DNA from: Sandaracinaceae bacterium
GTDB lineage: Bacteria; Myxococcota_A; Polyangia; Polyangiales; Sandaracinaceae
NCBI GenBank assembly: GCA_044220955.1
Contig: JBGAQA010000129.1
Coordinates: forward strand, 1 to 16,416
Direction of reading: 5' to 3'
DNA length: 16,416 bases
This document shows, one piece after another, positions 1-8,707 of this stretch. How positions within the stretch are numbered: position 1 is the stretch's first letter; the number at the start of each line of letters is the position of its first letter. The notes below the pieces were generated by a model. It was not told where the DNA came from and ran no database searches. It saw nothing but the letters and a program-made list of their open reading frames with translations. Made by a program: the position numbers and the translations under genes.

Positions 1-1125
1 ACCTATCCCACCCAGGCCGCCCCAGGGGTGTACCGCGTGGACGCCGACGTGCAACTCACCGACTTCACACTGGTGTCGGGATCGCTCGAGTACCTCGACT
101 CCGGCCGGCTGAACTTCGGCGGCCGGCTGGGCTCGGCGGGCGGCTTCAGCTTCCCCGGCGTGAGGCTCGATGCCACCGTGAGTGGGTGGGTCGACGGGAC
201 CGCTGGCTACGCCGCGGAGGGCGCCGCGTCGATCGGGGTCAACGGGCTGGCGCTGACCGGGCTCTTCCGCGCGGCGCTCGCGCGCATCTCCGAGGGCGGT
301 GCGCTCGTGCCCGGGCGGGCCCTCGAGCAGGCGGTGACTGCAGGCGCGCAGCTCGCGCTGCCCCTCCTGGCGGCCGTCGTCGGGAGCGGCGCGCTGGTGA
401 GCGCGGTGCAGGTCGGCGGCCTCCTCGCACCCCTCGCGGTCGCGCCGGACGCGTCACGGCTCGACCCGGGCGAGCGCTTCGGTCCCGGCGCCGGCCGACG
501 GGCCGCGAGCTCGGTGCTCCTCGGCGCCCTGCGCCTCGCACTCGTGATCGCGGTCGTCGTCGTGACGCTCGCGGAGGGAATGCCGGGCATCGCGACGCTC
601 GCGCGCCAGGGTCCCGAGGCGGCGCTCGACGCCACGCTCGCGATCGTCGCTGCGCTCACGCTGCGCAGCGGGCTCGCGCTCCTGCTCGTCGGGGTGCTCG
701 ACGCCATCGCGGAGCGCGCTCTGTTCCGCGCGTCGCTGCGCATGACGCGGCGCGAGCGAGAGCGTGATCAGCGCGCCGCGGAGGGCGACGTCCACTTGCG
801 GCGCGAGCGAGATCGCGTGCGCGACGCGCTGCATCGCGAGGGCGAGCTCGAGGACGTGCGCGGCGCCGTGCTCCTCGTCACCGGCGAGGACGAGCTCGCG
901 GTGGCGCTGGCGTACGACGCGAGCGATCCCGACGACGTGCCCCGCGTCGTCGCGGTCGCGCGTGACGCACGGGCGGACGAGGTCGTGCGGGAGGCGCGCG
1001 ATGCGGGCGTGCCGCGGTTCGAGGACGCAGCGCTGGCTGCCCGCCTCGCGATCGTGGACGCAGGCGCCGCGATCCCGGAGTCGCTCTACGAGTCCGTCGC
1101 GCGCGCGATGCAGGTCCGCCCTTGA
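1..1125 (+). CDS. FlhB/EscU/YscU (SctU) family export-apparatus switch-like protein, degenerate. The frame is open to the window edge and its first ~85 codons are unrelated beta-rich sequence.
   Basis: From ~nt 260 the translation follows FlhB/SctU: APDASRLDP (cf. PKFSRLNP), hydrophobic helices, SLRMTRRERERDQRAAEGD (cf. LRMTKQEVKDEYKQTEGD), LAVALAYD...PRVVA, GVPRFEDAALAARL, IPESLYESVA. NPTH is replaced by GEDE. The TGA overlaps the priA TTG start. Confidence 0.8.
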   Translation, partial: TYPTQAAPGVYRVDADVQLTDFTLVSGSLEYLDSGRLNFGGRLGSAGGFSFPGVRLDATVSGWVDGTAGYAAEGAASIGVNGLALTGLFRAALARISEGGALVPGRALEQAVTAGAQLALPLLAAVVGSGALVSAVQVGGLLAPLAVAPDASRLDPGERFGPGAGRRAASSVLLGALRLALVIAVVVVTLAEGMPGIATLARQGPEAALDATLAIVAALTLRSGLALLLVGVLDAIAERALFRASLRMTRRERERDQRAAEGDVHLRRERDRVRDALHREGELEDVRGAVLLVTGEDELAVALAYDASDPDDVPRVVAVARDARADEVVREARDAGVPRFEDAALAARLAIVDAGAAIPESLYESVARAMQVRP

Positions 1126-3395
1126 GCGAGGCGTCGCTCGTGGAGGTGGCGATCCCCGCGCCGCTGCGGCGTGCGTTCACCTATTCGGTGCCCGAGGCGC
1201 TGCGTACGCGCGTCGTGCTCGGCTCGCGCGTCGCCGTGCGCTTCGCCGGCCGCAAGGTGCCGGGCTTCGTCGTGGGGACGGACGCGAAGGCGCCCGAGGG
1301 CGTCCGCGTGCTCCCGATCGCGGGCCTGCTCGACGAGGCTCCCGTGTTCCCCGCGGAGCTCGCCGGGTTCCTGACCGAGGCGGCCGGGTACTACCTGCAT
1401 CCGATCGGCGAGGTCCTGCGCGCCGCCGCGCCGGCCCTCGACCGCGACGCCGTCGCGCGCCTCAAGGCGGGCGGCTTCCTCGCGAAGGCGAGCGAGCTGA
1501 AGACCGCCAAGCGGGTGACCCTCGACCGCGTGCGGATGCTGCGGCGCGTGCCCGAGGCGCCTCTGCCGGCGCGACTCTCGGCCAAGCAGCGCGAGATCCT
1601 CGCGGTGCTCGATGCGCGCGGCACGCTCGGCGAGCCGGAGCTCTGCGAGATCGCCCATGTGAAGCGACCGACGGTCGCGCGCCTCGTCGAGAAGGGCCTG
1701 ATCGCGGTCGAGCTCGCCGAGGGACCGCGCGATCCCTTCTTCGAGCTCGCGGTCCCGCGCGACGCGCCGCCCGTGCTCCGCGCGGAGCAGCGCGCCGCCG
1801 TGGACGCGATCGACGACGCGCAGCGCGCCGGCCGCGCGGCGACGTTCCTGCTGCACGGCGTCACCGGCTCCGGCAAGACGGAGGTGTACCTCCACGCGAT
1901 CACCGAGGCGCGGGCGCGTGGGCGCGGAGCGCTCTTGCTCGTCCCCGAGATCGCGCTGACCCCGCAGCTCGTCGGCCGCTTCCGCGCGCGCTTCGGCGAC
2001 GACATCGCGGTGCTGCACAGCGGCCTGACGGAGCGCGAGTGGACGCGCATGTGGCACGCGCTCCGGAGCGGCGCGGTCACGCTCGCCGTCGGTGCGCGCT
2101 CGGCGATCTTCGCGCCCGTCGCGAGCCTCGGGCTCGTCGTCGTCGACGAAGAGCACGACGGCTCCTACAAGCAGGAGGAGGGCTTTCGCTACCACGCGCG
2201 GGATCTCGCGGTGCTGCGCGCGCACCGGGCGGGCGCCGTCTGCGTGCTCGGGAGCGCGACGCCCTCGCTCGAGTCGTACCAGCTCGCCGAGAGCGCTCGC
2301 TACCACAGGCTCGTGCTCGCCGAGCGCGCCAACGCGCGGCCGCTCCCGCCGGTCGAGGTGGTCGACCTCTCGCGCACGGGCGCGGGCCCGACGCGCGACC
2401 CCTTGATCTCGCTGCCGCTCCACCGCGCGCTCGAGCGCTGCCTCTCGGGCGGGCACCAGGCGGTCCTCTTCCTCAACCGCCGCGGGTTCGCGCCGTCGGT
2501 GCGCTGCAAGAGCTGCGAGCACGTGCAGCGCTGTCCCGCGTGCAGCGTGTCGCTCACCGAGCATCGGCGCGCGGGATCGCTGCGCTGCCACTACTGCGAC
2601 TTCGCGCAGCCCATCGGGACGGCCTGCCAGCACTGCGGCTCGCTCGAGCTCGCCACGCTCGGGCTCGGCACCGAGAAGCTCGAGGACACGATCGCGACGG
2701 CGTTCCCCCGCGCCCGGATCGCGCGGCTCGACCGCGACGTGGCGAGCGGGCGCGGCGTGGAGGCGGTGCTCGATCGCGTGCGACGGCGGGAGGTCGACGT
2801 GCTCGTCGGCACGCAGATGGTGACCAAGGGCCACGACCTGCCGGGCGTCTCGCTCGTCGGCGTGCTGCTCGCCGATCAGTCGCTCGCGTTCCCGGACTTC
2901 CGTGCCGCGGAGCGCACGTTCCAGCTCCTCACCCAGGTGGCCGGACGTGCCGGGCGCGCCGAGGTCGAGGGCGAGGTGGTGCTGCAGACCTTCCAGCCGC
3001 ACGACCCGGCGATCCTCGCGGCGAAGGACCACTCGTACGCCGCGTTCGTCCGCTCGGAGATCGCGTCGCGCAAGGACGCGGGCTATCCGCCCTTCGGACG
3101 CCTGGGCGCCATCCGGGTCGACGCCGCCGACCAGGGCGTGTCCGAGCGCACGGCGTCGCTGCTTGCAGCCGTGGCGTCGAGCACGGCGCTCGTGCGGACG
3201 GGCCGCGTTGACGTGCTCGGGCCGGCGCCCGCGCCGATCGAGCGGATCCGCGGGCGCTGGCGGCACCGCTTCCTCCTGAAGTCGCCCGAGCGGCGGGCGC
3301 TGCGCGCGGTCGCGCTGGCGGTGCTCGGCCGGATCGAGGAGGGCCTCGGCACGGCGCGCGCGACGGTCGACATCGACCCCGTGAACATGCTCTGA
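1122..3395 (+). CDS. priA: Primosomal protein N' (replication restart helicase PriA)
   Basis: N-terminal FTYSVP/GSRVAVRF, Walker A HGVTGSGKTEVY, LVPEIALTPQL, DEEHDGSYKQ, GSATPSLES, FLNRRGFAP, four CxxC zinc motifs, GTQMVTKGHD, PDFRAAERTFQLLTQVAGRAGR, C-terminal DIDP. Confidence 0.98.
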   Translation: MSEASLVEVAIPAPLRRAFTYSVPEALRTRVVLGSRVAVRFAGRKVPGFVVGTDAKAPEGVRVLPIAGLLDEAPVFPAELAGFLTEAAGYYLHPIGEVLRAAAPALDRDAVARLKAGGFLAKASELKTAKRVTLDRVRMLRRVPEAPLPARLSAKQREILAVLDARGTLGEPELCEIAHVKRPTVARLVEKGLIAVELAEGPRDPFFELAVPRDAPPVLRAEQRAAVDAIDDAQRAGRAATFLLHGVTGSGKTEVYLHAITEARARGRGALLLVPEIALTPQLVGRFRARFGDDIAVLHSGLTEREWTRMWHALRSGAVTLAVGARSAIFAPVASLGLVVVDEEHDGSYKQEEGFRYHARDLAVLRAHRAGAVCVLGSATPSLESYQLAESARYHRLVLAERANARPLPPVEVVDLSRTGAGPTRDPLISLPLHRALERCLSGGHQAVLFLNRRGFAPSVRCKSCEHVQRCPACSVSLTEHRRAGSLRCHYCDFAQPIGTACQHCGSLELATLGLGTEKLEDTIATAFPRARIARLDRDVASGRGVEAVLDRVRRREVDVLVGTQMVTKGHDLPGVSLVGVLLADQSLAFPDFRAAERTFQLLTQVAGRAGRAEVEGEVVLQTFQPHDPAILAAKDHSYAAFVRSEIASRKDAGYPPFGRLGAIRVDAADQGVSERTASLLAAVASSTALVRTGRVDVLGPAPAPIERIRGRWRHRFLLKSPERRALRAVALAVLGRIEEGLGTARATVDIDPVNML

Positions 3396-3405
3396 GCGAG
3401 GGACG

Positions 3406-3978
3406 ATGTTCTCCGAGCGCAGCGATCGACGCAGCTCCAGCGTGCACGGCCTCGGGCCCGAGGGGGAGCGCGTCGCGATCGCCGCGCGGCTCGGGCTCGA
3501 CGTCGAGCGGGTGGCGAGCGCGCCCAGCGTCGCGGCGATCGAGCTCGCGCTCTTCCACGTGCTCGGCGATCCCGGCGACGAGGTGCTCGTCGCGGCGTCG
3601 GCCGACGCGATCGTACGCGAGGTCGCCGAGGTCTCGGGGCTCGACGCGGTCCCGCTCGAGACGCTCGACGCAGCGGCGCTCTTCGAGGCGGCCGGCGAGC
3701 GCACCCGCGCGCTGGTGATCGGTGCGGCGGACGTGGATGCGGAGCTCGTGGCCATGCTCGGCGAGCTCGACCTGCCGCTCCTGGCGCCGGCGGCGGCGCT
3801 CGCCCTGCGTTCGCTGTTCGTGGGCGAGGCCGCGCCGCTCGCGCTGGTCGTCGGCGAGGCGGACGGCATCGCGTGGCTCGCGGTCCTCGGTCCCGCGGAT
3901 CGCGCCGAGCCGCTGCTCGGGCACCTCGAGCGCTTCGCGCACGTGTTCTTTGCGCGGGCGGGTGGCGGACGGCCGTGA
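3406..3978 (+). CDS. Hypothetical protein; shortened, degenerate homolog of class I/II PLP-dependent aminotransferases
   Basis: GAGGG RBS before the ATG. LFHVLGDPGDEVLV and LDAAALFEAAGERTRALVI match the aminotransferase I/II large-domain pattern. NNPTG, DExY and the SK lysine motif are not recognisable. Stop overlaps the next start (GTGA). Confidence 0.6.
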   Translation: MFSERSDRRSSSVHGLGPEGERVAIAARLGLDVERVASAPSVAAIELALFHVLGDPGDEVLVAASADAIVREVAEVSGLDAVPLETLDAAALFEAAGERTRALVIGAADVDAELVAMLGELDLPLLAPAAALALRSLFVGEAAPLALVVGEADGIAWLAVLGPADRAEPLLGHLERFAHVFFARAGGGRP

Positions 3979-4583
3979 CGGCCGTGCAGGTGCTCGCGTT
4001 CCTCGTCGCGAGCCTCGTCTTGGCGATCACGCCGGGTCCGGGCGTCGCTTACGTGGTCGCGCGGACGCTCGCGCAGGGCCGGCGCGCGGGGCTCGCGTCG
4101 GTGCTCGGCGTCGCGCTCGGCAACCTCGGCAACGGAATCGGCGCGGCGCTCGGGCTGGCCCTGCTCTTCGAGGCCGTGCCGCCGGCGCTCGAGGTCGTGA
4201 AGCTCCTCGGCGCGGCGTACCTCTTCTTCCTGGGTGCCTCCGCGCTGCGAGCGCCCGAGGGCGCCGCTCTGGTCCCGCCCGCCGCGTCGTCGTCCGGGGC
4301 TCTCGTGCGCGACGGCTTCGCCGTGGCGCTCCTCAACCCGAAGACGGCGGTGTTCTTCGCCGCGTTCCTGCCGCAGTTCCTCGGGCCGGATGCGCGCGGC
4401 GAGTGGCTCACGGTCGCCCTCGCAGCGACCTTCGTCCTGATCGCGGCCACGACGGACTCGATCTACGTGCTCGCCGCCGCCGGCGTCGCGCCGCGTCTCC
4501 GGGGCGACGCGGCGCGCCGAGCGATGCGCTGGCTCCCCGCCGCCACGTACTTCGGTCTCGCGTTCGTCGCGGCCCTGCGCTGA
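3975..4583 (+). CDS. LysE/RhtB family amino-acid exporter
   Basis: LAITPGPG...GRRAG, KLLGAAYLFFLG and DGFAVALLNPKTAVFFAAFLPQF motifs. GTG 3975 overlaps the upstream TGA. Confidence 0.95.
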   Translation: MTAVQVLAFLVASLVLAITPGPGVAYVVARTLAQGRRAGLASVLGVALGNLGNGIGAALGLALLFEAVPPALEVVKLLGAAYLFFLGASALRAPEGAALVPPAASSSGALVRDGFAVALLNPKTAVFFAAFLPQFLGPDARGEWLTVALAATFVLIAATTDSIYVLAAAGVAPRLRGDAARRAMRWLPAATYFGLAFVAALR

Positions 4584-4620
4584 CGCGCCGGCGGACCCCC
4601 CAGGACGCGCGCCGTGGCCC

Positions 4621-4649
4621 TCGACGAGCGCCAGGGCGGCAGCGATCGT
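4621..4649 (+). promoter_or_regulatory. Putative sigma70-type promoter for a leaderless DJ-1 transcript
   Basis: TCGACG-17 nt-GATCGT, then 6 nt to ATG 4656. No SD sequence. Confidence 0.35.
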
Positions 4650-4655
4650 CGGCCC

Positions 4656-5240
4656 ATGACGAAGCTCCACATCGTGATCTTCGACGGCTTCGACGAGCTC
4701 GACGCGATCGCGCCGTACGAGATATTCCGCGCTGCGGGGCTCGACGCGCGACTCGTCGTGCTCGCCGGTCGTTCGCTGCGTGTGCGCGCCCGACATGGGC
4801 TGACGCTGGAGGCGCACGCCGCCGTCGACGCCGACGATCTCGCCCCGAGCGACTGGGTGATCGCCGTCGGGGGCGGCTACGTCGCGGGCGCGGAGGCCGG
4901 CGTGAAGCCCGAGATCGCGAGGGGCGAGCTGCCCGCGTTCTTCGCGAAGGCGAGGGCGCGCGACTGCACGCTCGGCTCGGTGTGCACGGGAGCGATGCTG
5001 CTCGCCGCGGCCGGCCTCGTCCGCGGCCGCAGGGCGATCACCCACCACTCGGCGATCGACGACCTCGCCGCGGCCGGCGCGACGATCGTGCGCGCGCGCG
5101 TCGTCGACGACGGCGACCTCGTCACGAGCGGCGGCGTCACGAGCGGCCTCGACTTCGGCCTCCACCTGATCGGCAGACTGCTCGGCGAGGAGGCGAGGCG
5201 GACGGCCAGCGTTCGCGCCGAGTACCCGCCGCCCGGGTGA
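4656..5240 (+). CDS. DJ-1/PfpI family protein (resembles the isocyanide-hydratase-like group)
   Basis: IVIFDGFDELDAIAPYE, nucleophile elbow SVCTGAMLLAAAGL, RAITHH, RVVDDGDLVTSGGVTSGLD. Start taken at ATG 4656. Confidence 0.93.
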   Translation: MTKLHIVIFDGFDELDAIAPYEIFRAAGLDARLVVLAGRSLRVRARHGLTLEAHAAVDADDLAPSDWVIAVGGGYVAGAEAGVKPEIARGELPAFFAKARARDCTLGSVCTGAMLLAAAGLVRGRRAITHHSAIDDLAAAGATIVRARVVDDGDLVTSGGVTSGLDFGLHLIGRLLGEEARRTASVRAEYPPPG

Positions 5241-5251
5241 GCGCGCCCCGG

Positions 5252-5280
5252 CTGACGCTGCGTTCCGACCGTGGTATGAA
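5252..5280 (+). promoter_or_regulatory. Putative sigma70 promoter of the vapBC operon (leaderless)
   Basis: CTGACG-17 nt-TATGAA with a TGn extended -10; GTG 5286 follows 5 nt later. Confidence 0.55.
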
Positions 5281-5285
5281 ACGGC

Positions 5286-5540
5286 GTGGCCAAGACGAGC
5301 ATCTCGATCGCCGAGGATGACCTCAAGTGGCTGCGCGCCTGGGCGCGCAAGCACCACGAAGGAAATCTGTCCGCGGCGATCGCCGAGGGGACCAAGATCC
5401 TCCGCCAGCACGACAACCTGCGGCGGGTGCTCGACGACATGGGCGTACCCGAGCTGACGGACGCCGATCGGGCCCGGATCGATCGTGAGCTCGACGGACC
5501 GCCCAGGGCGCGCTCGCGGCGTGGTCGACGCGCGGCGTGA
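5286..5540 (+). CDS. Putative antitoxin (ribbon-helix-helix-like, VapB role)
   Basis: 84 aa. KTSISI beta-strand followed by two helices (NLSAAIAE). Lies directly upstream of the PIN gene with a GTGA overlap. Confidence 0.8.
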   Translation: MAKTSISIAEDDLKWLRAWARKHHEGNLSAAIAEGTKILRQHDNLRRVLDDMGVPELTDADRARIDRELDGPPRARSRRGRRAA

Positions 5541-5911
5541 ACGGACTGACGCTCGACACGGGCGTGCTGATCGCCTGGGAACGGCGCCACGCGGGAGCGA
5601 CGGCGACGCTTCGCCGAGCGAACGAGCGAAGGGTGGTGCTGACGGTGCCCGTGGTCGCGGTCGCCGAGTGGTGGCGTGGCCGCTCGGACTGGCGAGAGCG
5701 GATTCGCCGGTCGGTCACGGTCGAGCCGATGGACGAGGCGCTCGCGCGGGTGGCTGGCGAGGCGATCGCGGCCGTGCGCGGGGCCACCGCCATCGACGCG
5801 ATCGTCGTCGCGTCCGCCGCGCGCCGTGGCGACGTGATTCTCACCAGCGACCCCGACGATCTGAAGCCGATCGCCGACTGGTTCGGTGGCGTTCGCGTGC
5901 TGGCGGTGTGA
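5537..5911 (+). CDS. vapC: PIN-domain ribonuclease toxin (VapC family)
   Basis: 124 aa with PIN acidic motifs LTLDTGVLI, VAEWW, IDAIVVASA and ILTSDPDDL. Confidence 0.9.
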   Translation: MNGLTLDTGVLIAWERRHAGATATLRRANERRVVLTVPVVAVAEWWRGRSDWRERIRRSVTVEPMDEALARVAGEAIAAVRGATAIDAIVVASAARRGDVILTSDPDDLKPIADWFGGVRVLAV

Positions 5912-5935
5912 GCGGAGCGTGAGCCTCCGGCTCAC
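5908..5935. terminator. Short hairpin between the convergent vapC and speA stops
   Basis: GTGAGCGGAG...CTCC(G)GCTCAC inverted repeat. No U-tract. Confidence 0.3.
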
Positions 5936-7851
5936 TCGTCCGCGGTCAGGTACGTGTAGCTGCCGAGCGCGTCCTCGTAGTGCTTCATGAGGAGCTTCAC
6001 CTGGTCGAAGGTGATGAGGCCCATGCGCCGCGCGCGCTCCGCCTGCCGGCGCACGCGCTCGATCATGACGCCGGGCTCGTACTCGACGTAGCTCAGCACC
6101 TCGCGGATCTCGTCGCCCTTCACGAAGTGCGAGATCTCGTACCCGCCCTCGCCGTCGAGCGCGACGTGTACCGCGTTGGTGTCGCCGAAGAGGTTGTGCA
6201 GGTCGCCGAGGATCTCCTGGTAGGCGCCGTTCAGGAAGATGCCCATGAAGTAGCGCTGCTCTTCCCGGTAAGGGTGCACCGCGAGCACGCGCTTGACGTC
6301 CTCGACGTCGATGAAGTGGTCGACCTTGCCGTCGCTGTCGCACGTGAGGTCGGCGATCGTCGTCTTGATCGTCGGCTCTTCGTCCAGGCGGTGGATGGGC
6401 ATGATGGGGAAGAGCTGGTCGATGGCCCAGCTGTCCGGGATGCTCTGGAAGACCGAGAAGTTCCCGTAGTAGATCGACGCCATCATCTGCTCGAGCTGCG
6501 TGACCTCCTCGGGCATGCGCTTGAGCTTGCGTGCGGCGTCGAGGATCTTCTCGCAGCACGCCCAGAACAGGCGCTCCGACTGCGCGCGCTCGCGCAGCGT
6601 GAGGTAGCCGAACTTGAAGAGCGAGTCGGCCTCTTCCTTGCCCTGCGTCGCGTCGTGGAAGGCCTCCTGCACGTTCTTCGGCTGGATGCCGTTCCACGTC
6701 TCGTAGAGCTGCTTGAGGATCTTGTGTGCCGTCGGTGCCGGCTGCTCGGGCGTGCCGAAGCGCACCTCGTTCTTGCCGACGACCTCGAAGACGAGCACCG
6801 ACTGGTGCGCCGAGATCGCGCGCCCGCTCTCGCTCACGATCGTCGGGTGCGTGATCTCGGCCTTGTTGCAGGCCTCGAGGATCGCCGCGACGATGTCGTA
6901 GGCGTACTCTTGGATGTTGTAGTTCTTCGACGCGTGGAAGTCGGTCTTGCTGCCGTCGTAGTCCACGGCGAGGCCGCCGCCGACGTCGAGGTACTTCATG
7001 TTGGCGCCCATCTTCGCCAGCTCGACGTAGATGTTGGCCGCCTCGCGGATCGCCTGCTTCACCGGGATGATCGAGGAGAGCTGCGAGCCCGCGTGGTAGT
7101 GGAGCAGCTGCAGGCAGTCGAGCATCTCGTCCTGCTGCAGGCGGTCGACGACCTCCACGATCTCGCTCGCCGTGAGGCCGAACTTCGCGCGGTCGCCGGT
7201 GGAGTCGGCCCAGCGGCCCATGCCGCGGCTGCCGAGCTTGGCGCGCACGCCGATGCAGGGGCGGATGCCCGTCTTCTTGTAGGCGCGCAGCGTGTAGTCG
7301 AGCTCCTCGATGCGCTCGAGCACGACGAGGACGGTCTTGTCGAAGCGCTGCGCGAGGAGCGCGGTCTCGATGTACTTCTGGTCCTTGTACCCGTTGCAGA
7401 TGACCAGGCCGCCCGGCTCCTGCTCGGCGGCGAGCGCGATCAGCAGCTCGGGCTTGCTGCCCGCCTCGAGGCCGAGGCGCCAGGGCGCGCCGAACTCGAC
7501 GACCTCCTCGATGAAGTGCTTCTGCTGGTTGACCTTCACCGGGAAGACGCCGCGGTAGACGCCCTTGTACTGGTACTCCTCGATCGCGCGGCTGAAGCAC
7601 TCGTTGATGCGCTTCACGCGGTCCTTGAGGATGTCCGAGAAGCGGAGCAGCACCGGCAGCTCGAGGCCGCGCGCGTCGAGGTCGTTCACGAGCTCGAAGA
7701 GGTCGATGGTGTCGGTCGCGCGATCGGGGTCGGGGACGACCTCGACGTGTCCGGCGGTGTTCACCTGGAAGTAGGGCAGGCCCCAGCCCTTCACCTGGTA
7801 GAGCTCTGCGCTCCGCTGAACGGTCCAGCCAGACCCGTGCTCGTCGTCCAT
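5932..7851 (-). CDS. speA: Biosynthetic arginine decarboxylase
   Basis: FPVKVNQQ (PLP lysine), LEAGSKPEL, CNGYKD, AKFGL, DVGGGLAVDYDGS, ESGRA, NFSVFQSIPDSWAIDQLFP, DLTCDSDG, GAYQEILGDLHNLFG. GGAGG RBS upstream. Confidence 0.98.
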   Translation of the reverse strand: MDDEHGSGWTVQRSAELYQVKGWGLPYFQVNTAGHVEVVPDPDRATDTIDLFELVNDLDARGLELPVLLRFSDILKDRVKRINECFSRAIEEYQYKGVYRGVFPVKVNQQKHFIEEVVEFGAPWRLGLEAGSKPELLIALAAEQEPGGLVICNGYKDQKYIETALLAQRFDKTVLVVLERIEELDYTLRAYKKTGIRPCIGVRAKLGSRGMGRWADSTGDRAKFGLTASEIVEVVDRLQQDEMLDCLQLLHYHAGSQLSSIIPVKQAIREAANIYVELAKMGANMKYLDVGGGLAVDYDGSKTDFHASKNYNIQEYAYDIVAAILEACNKAEITHPTIVSESGRAISAHQSVLVFEVVGKNEVRFGTPEQPAPTAHKILKQLYETWNGIQPKNVQEAFHDATQGKEEADSLFKFGYLTLRERAQSERLFWACCEKILDAARKLKRMPEEVTQLEQMMASIYYGNFSVFQSIPDSWAIDQLFPIMPIHRLDEEPTIKTTIADLTCDSDGKVDHFIDVEDVKRVLAVHPYREEQRYFMGIFLNGAYQEILGDLHNLFGDTNAVHVALDGEGGYEISHFVKGDEIREVLSYVEYEPGVMIERVRRQAERARRMGLITFDQVKLLMKHYEDALGSYTYLTADE

Positions 7852-7940
7852 CAGGGATCCTCCGCTCGCTGCGCGCGCCGCGAAATCATGTGGGCGAAAC
7901 GCGCGCGCTGTCTACTCGCGCGCGCCGGGCGCGTCGAGGG

Positions 7941-8426
7941 TCACTCGCGGAAATTCACGAACTGGAGCGGCAGGCCGAAGTCCTTGCCGCGCAGGAGCGC
8001 GATGGCCTCCTGCAGGTCGTCGCGCTTCTTGCCGCTCACGCGCACGAGGTCGCCCTGGATGGCGGCCTGCACCTTCATCTTGGCGTCCTTGATCGCCCGG
8101 ACGATCTCCTTGGCCTTCTCCTGGTCGACGCCCTCCTTCAGCTTCACGAGCTGCCGGAACATCTGGCCGCCGGCCGGCTCGATCTTCTGCGGGTCGAGCG
8201 CCTTGAGCGAGACCTTGCGCTTGACGATCTTGTCCTCGAGCACGCCGCGGGCGGCGTTCAGGCGGTCCTCGGTGCTCGAGCGGAACACGATCCCCTCGGC
8301 GTTCTTCTCGAGCGTCGTGGCCGTGTCCTTGAAGTCGTAGCGCTGCCCCACCTCCTTCTGGGCCTGCTGGAAGGCGTTCTCCACCTCGTGGTGGTCGAGC
8401 TTGCTCACGACGTCGAAGCTGGGCAT
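7941..8426 (-). CDS. yajQ: YajQ family nucleotide/c-di-GMP-binding protein
   Basis: MPSFDVVS, RYDFK, KVQAAIQGD.VRVSGKKRDDLQ, PLQFVNFR; 161 aa. Confidence 0.98.
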   Translation of the reverse strand: MPSFDVVSKLDHHEVENAFQQAQKEVGQRYDFKDTATTLEKNAEGIVFRSSTEDRLNAARGVLEDKIVKRKVSLKALDPQKIEPAGGQMFRQLVKLKEGVDQEKAKEIVRAIKDAKMKVQAAIQGDLVRVSGKKRDDLQEAIALLRGKDFGLPLQFVNFRE

Positions 8427-8434
8427 GGCCGCCG

Positions 8435-8462
8435 ATCATGCCCGCCGCGGGCGGCGGATCAA
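8435..8462 (-). promoter_or_regulatory. Putative promoter of yajQ (probably leaderless)
   Basis: On the minus strand TTGATC-16 nt-CATGAT, 8 nt before ATG 8426. No SD sequence. Confidence 0.45.
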
Positions 8463-8642
8463 GAGGGCTCGCCCTCGCCTCGTTCTCGCGCCCGACCAGA
8501 CCCCATCGTGTCGCGCGAGCACGAAGACGCGGGCCCTTGTCGCACGGATCGACGGGCGCGCCGACGGGACGCGCTGGCCATCGCCCGGAGACGTGGCGCT
8601 GGCACGAATCGACTCACGCGCACCCCGGCTCGGCTCATCGGT

Positions 8643-8673
8643 CACGACGCTGGCCCCGCCTCTGAGCGTCGTG
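8643..8673. terminator. Inverted repeat downstream of the propeller gene; possible terminator or stabilising hairpin
   Basis: CACGACGCT (8643-8651) / AGCGTCGTG (8665-8673). No U-tract. Confidence 0.3.
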
Positions 8674-8707
8674 GTGGCCGGGCATGCTCTCAGGCGCGCC
8701 GCGACGC

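Noticed and set aside
1086..5411. 1441-aa minus-strand ORF and other long overlapping ORFs (764-3211, 4877-7600, 5980-8340)
   Set aside because: Shadow ORFs of real genes caused by high GC3 and few stop codons; Arg/Ala/Pro-rich or antisense-mirror composition with no motifs.
8590..8615. TGGCACG as a sigma54 -24 box
   Set aside because: No TTGC/GC at the required -12 spacing.
8580..8705. Possible glycine riboswitch (GGAGA...CTCTCAGG)
   Set aside because: The core CCGAAG segment is absent and no sense gene follows on the plus strand.
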